Below are positions 62,342-64,000 of a stretch of 64,000 bases of DNA, piece by piece. Positions within the stretch are counted from its first letter, which is position 1; each line of letters begins with the position of its first letter. A program made the translations under genes and the position numbers. Below the pieces are notes generated by a model, which searched no databases, was not told the origin of the DNA, and worked only from the letters and a program-made list of their open reading frames with translations. Where the stretch lies: NCBI GenBank assembly GCA_038087875.1, contig CM075989.1:2604001-2668000 (forward strand), in the 5' to 3' direction. Source of the stretch: Malacoraja senta. Taxonomy: Eukaryota.

Positions 62342-62750
62342 AAGTTCATAAATTCATAAATTTTAGGATCAGAATTAGACCATTCAGCCCATCAAGTCTA
62401 TTCCACCATTCAAACATGGCTGATCTATCTTTCCCTCTTAACGCCATTCTCCAGCCTTCTCCCCATAACCTCTGTCAGCCTTGCTAAACAAGAATCTGTC
62501 AATCTCCGCCTTAAAGAAATCCCTTGGTCTCCACAGCCTTCTGTGGCAAAGAATTCCACAGATTCACCACCCTCTGACTAAAGAAATTCCTTCTTTCCAA
62601 AGGTATGTCCTCTTATCCTAAGGCTCTGACCTCTAGTCCTAGACTCTCCCACTAGTGGAAACATCTTCTCAACATCCACTCTATCCAGTTCTTTCATTAT
62701 TCTGTAAGTTTAAATGACACCCCTCATCCTTATACATTCCAGCAAGTGTC
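62342..62750 (-). mobile_element. CR1 LINE 3' fragment
   Basis: gaattccacagattcaccaccctctgactaaagaaatt and CR1 tail. Confidence 0.8.
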
Positions 62751-63053
62751 GGCATAATGCGATCTAACTGATATAAATGTGCCAGGCCATAGCTCGCTGG
62801 AATTGGCACAGGAACAAGTTCCTTCACTTCAGTGGAGAAAAGTCACTGCTAGAAACCAAAGTGGTGTGTGAGTGACATTTGTTTTTTAAATTAATTGTGT
62901 TTCCTTTAATCTCTATGTGTTTTACAGACACTTTACTTTTATATGTTTTATGATATCATTGATATTTTATAGTTTTTCTCTGCAACTGTTAAATACATTT
63001 ACCATGTTGGTGGTTAATTGTGCAGCAGAACTAGTTGTCAAATGATTTTCAGC

Positions 63054-63355
63054 TTGGCACGGTGGCTGAGCGGCAGAGTTGCTGCCTTACTGCGCCAGAG
63101 ACACGGGATCGATCCTGATTACGGAGCCGTCTGTACGTTCCCTCCTTGACTGCATGGGTTTTCTCCGGGTGCTCCGGTTTCCTCCCACACTCCAAAGACG
63201 TACAGGTTTGCAGGTTAATTGGGTTTTGATAAAATTGTAAAATGTCCCTTGTGTGTGTGCAGGATAATATTAGTGTGCGGGGATCGCTGGTCGGCACAGA
63301 TTCGGTGTGCCGGAAGGCCTGTTTCCGCCCTGTATCTCTAAACTAAACTAAATCT
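63054..63355 (+). mobile_element. HE1-type SINE
   Basis: Head ggcacggtggctgagcggcagagttgctgcc, core, (ctaaa)n tail. Confidence 0.85.
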
Positions 63356-64000
63356 AATCTCTCCCATGGCCCAGATGTCTTCTGGTCAGCCATGCAATGA
63401 CATCACAATATGCACGGCCCTTTCCTAGTGCAGGCTAGCATTTAGAGTTAGCGGGATTTTCACCAAGGGTTGATAATAGCAGGTAGCAAATTGAAAACAG
63501 AAAATGCCGGAATTGCTCCATAAGTCAGGCCTCATCTGTGGAAAGAGAACCGGAGTCATTGGTTCAGAACAAAGACCCTTGGTCAGAATATTTTCAGCAG
63601 ATCACAAGATGGTTGGGAAAGGTTAGAACGAAAGATAGACACAAAGTGCTGGAATAACTCAGCGGGGCAGGCGGCATCTCTGGATAGAAAGAATGGGACA
63701 TTTCAGGTCGAGACCCTTCTTCAGCTGAGTTACTCCGGCACTTTGTGTCTGTCATCGGAGTAAAGCAGCATCTGCATTTCAAGGGGAGGAGGTTTAAATG
63801 GGTATGGGCCAAACACAGGTAAAAATGGTCAGCATGGACAGGTGGGCCAAAGGGCCTGTTTCCGTGCTGTATGACTCTATGAGTGTTAGGTATGATAGCA
63901 AGCTCCAGTAAAATTGCAAAACAGGTGTACACGCATTGGATGGTGAACATTTGTAACGTTGATGCTGAATCAAAATTGTTTGTTTAAACTCTGAGTCGGA

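Overview
Repeat-dense, apparently non-genic (intronic or intergenic) vertebrate DNA. The repeat complement points to a cartilaginous fish, probably a skate or ray (inference): HE1-type V-SINEs, CR1 LINEs with (CATAGAAA)n tails, Penelope GIY-YIG fragments and Rex1/Babar LINEs. No host protein-coding gene could be supported. Main elements: (1) a structurally complete but decayed DIRS1-type tyrosine-recombinase retrotransposon (27410-32815) with gag, RT/RNaseH/methyltransferase, YR, inverted termini and an internal complementary region (ICR); its gag is interrupted by a Harbinger-type MITE; (2) a full-length decayed Tc1 (24021-25578); (3) two abutting or nested non-autonomous Helitrons (about 2392-4966); (4) five MITEs sharing a GGGCCTGTCCCAC-like terminus; (5) a 1.16-kb foldback element; (6) many short Penelope-derived hairpin insertions with long TSDs and a hammerhead-like core. 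The most unusual object is a 254-bp rearranged, ORF-less DIRS mini-element (40977-41230). It has both authentic termini around an inverted spacer and recombinase-type junctions, like a DIRS equivalent of a solo LTR or a reintegrated minicircle. Boundaries of decayed repeats are approximate, and family names come from recognising motifs by eye, not from database searches.
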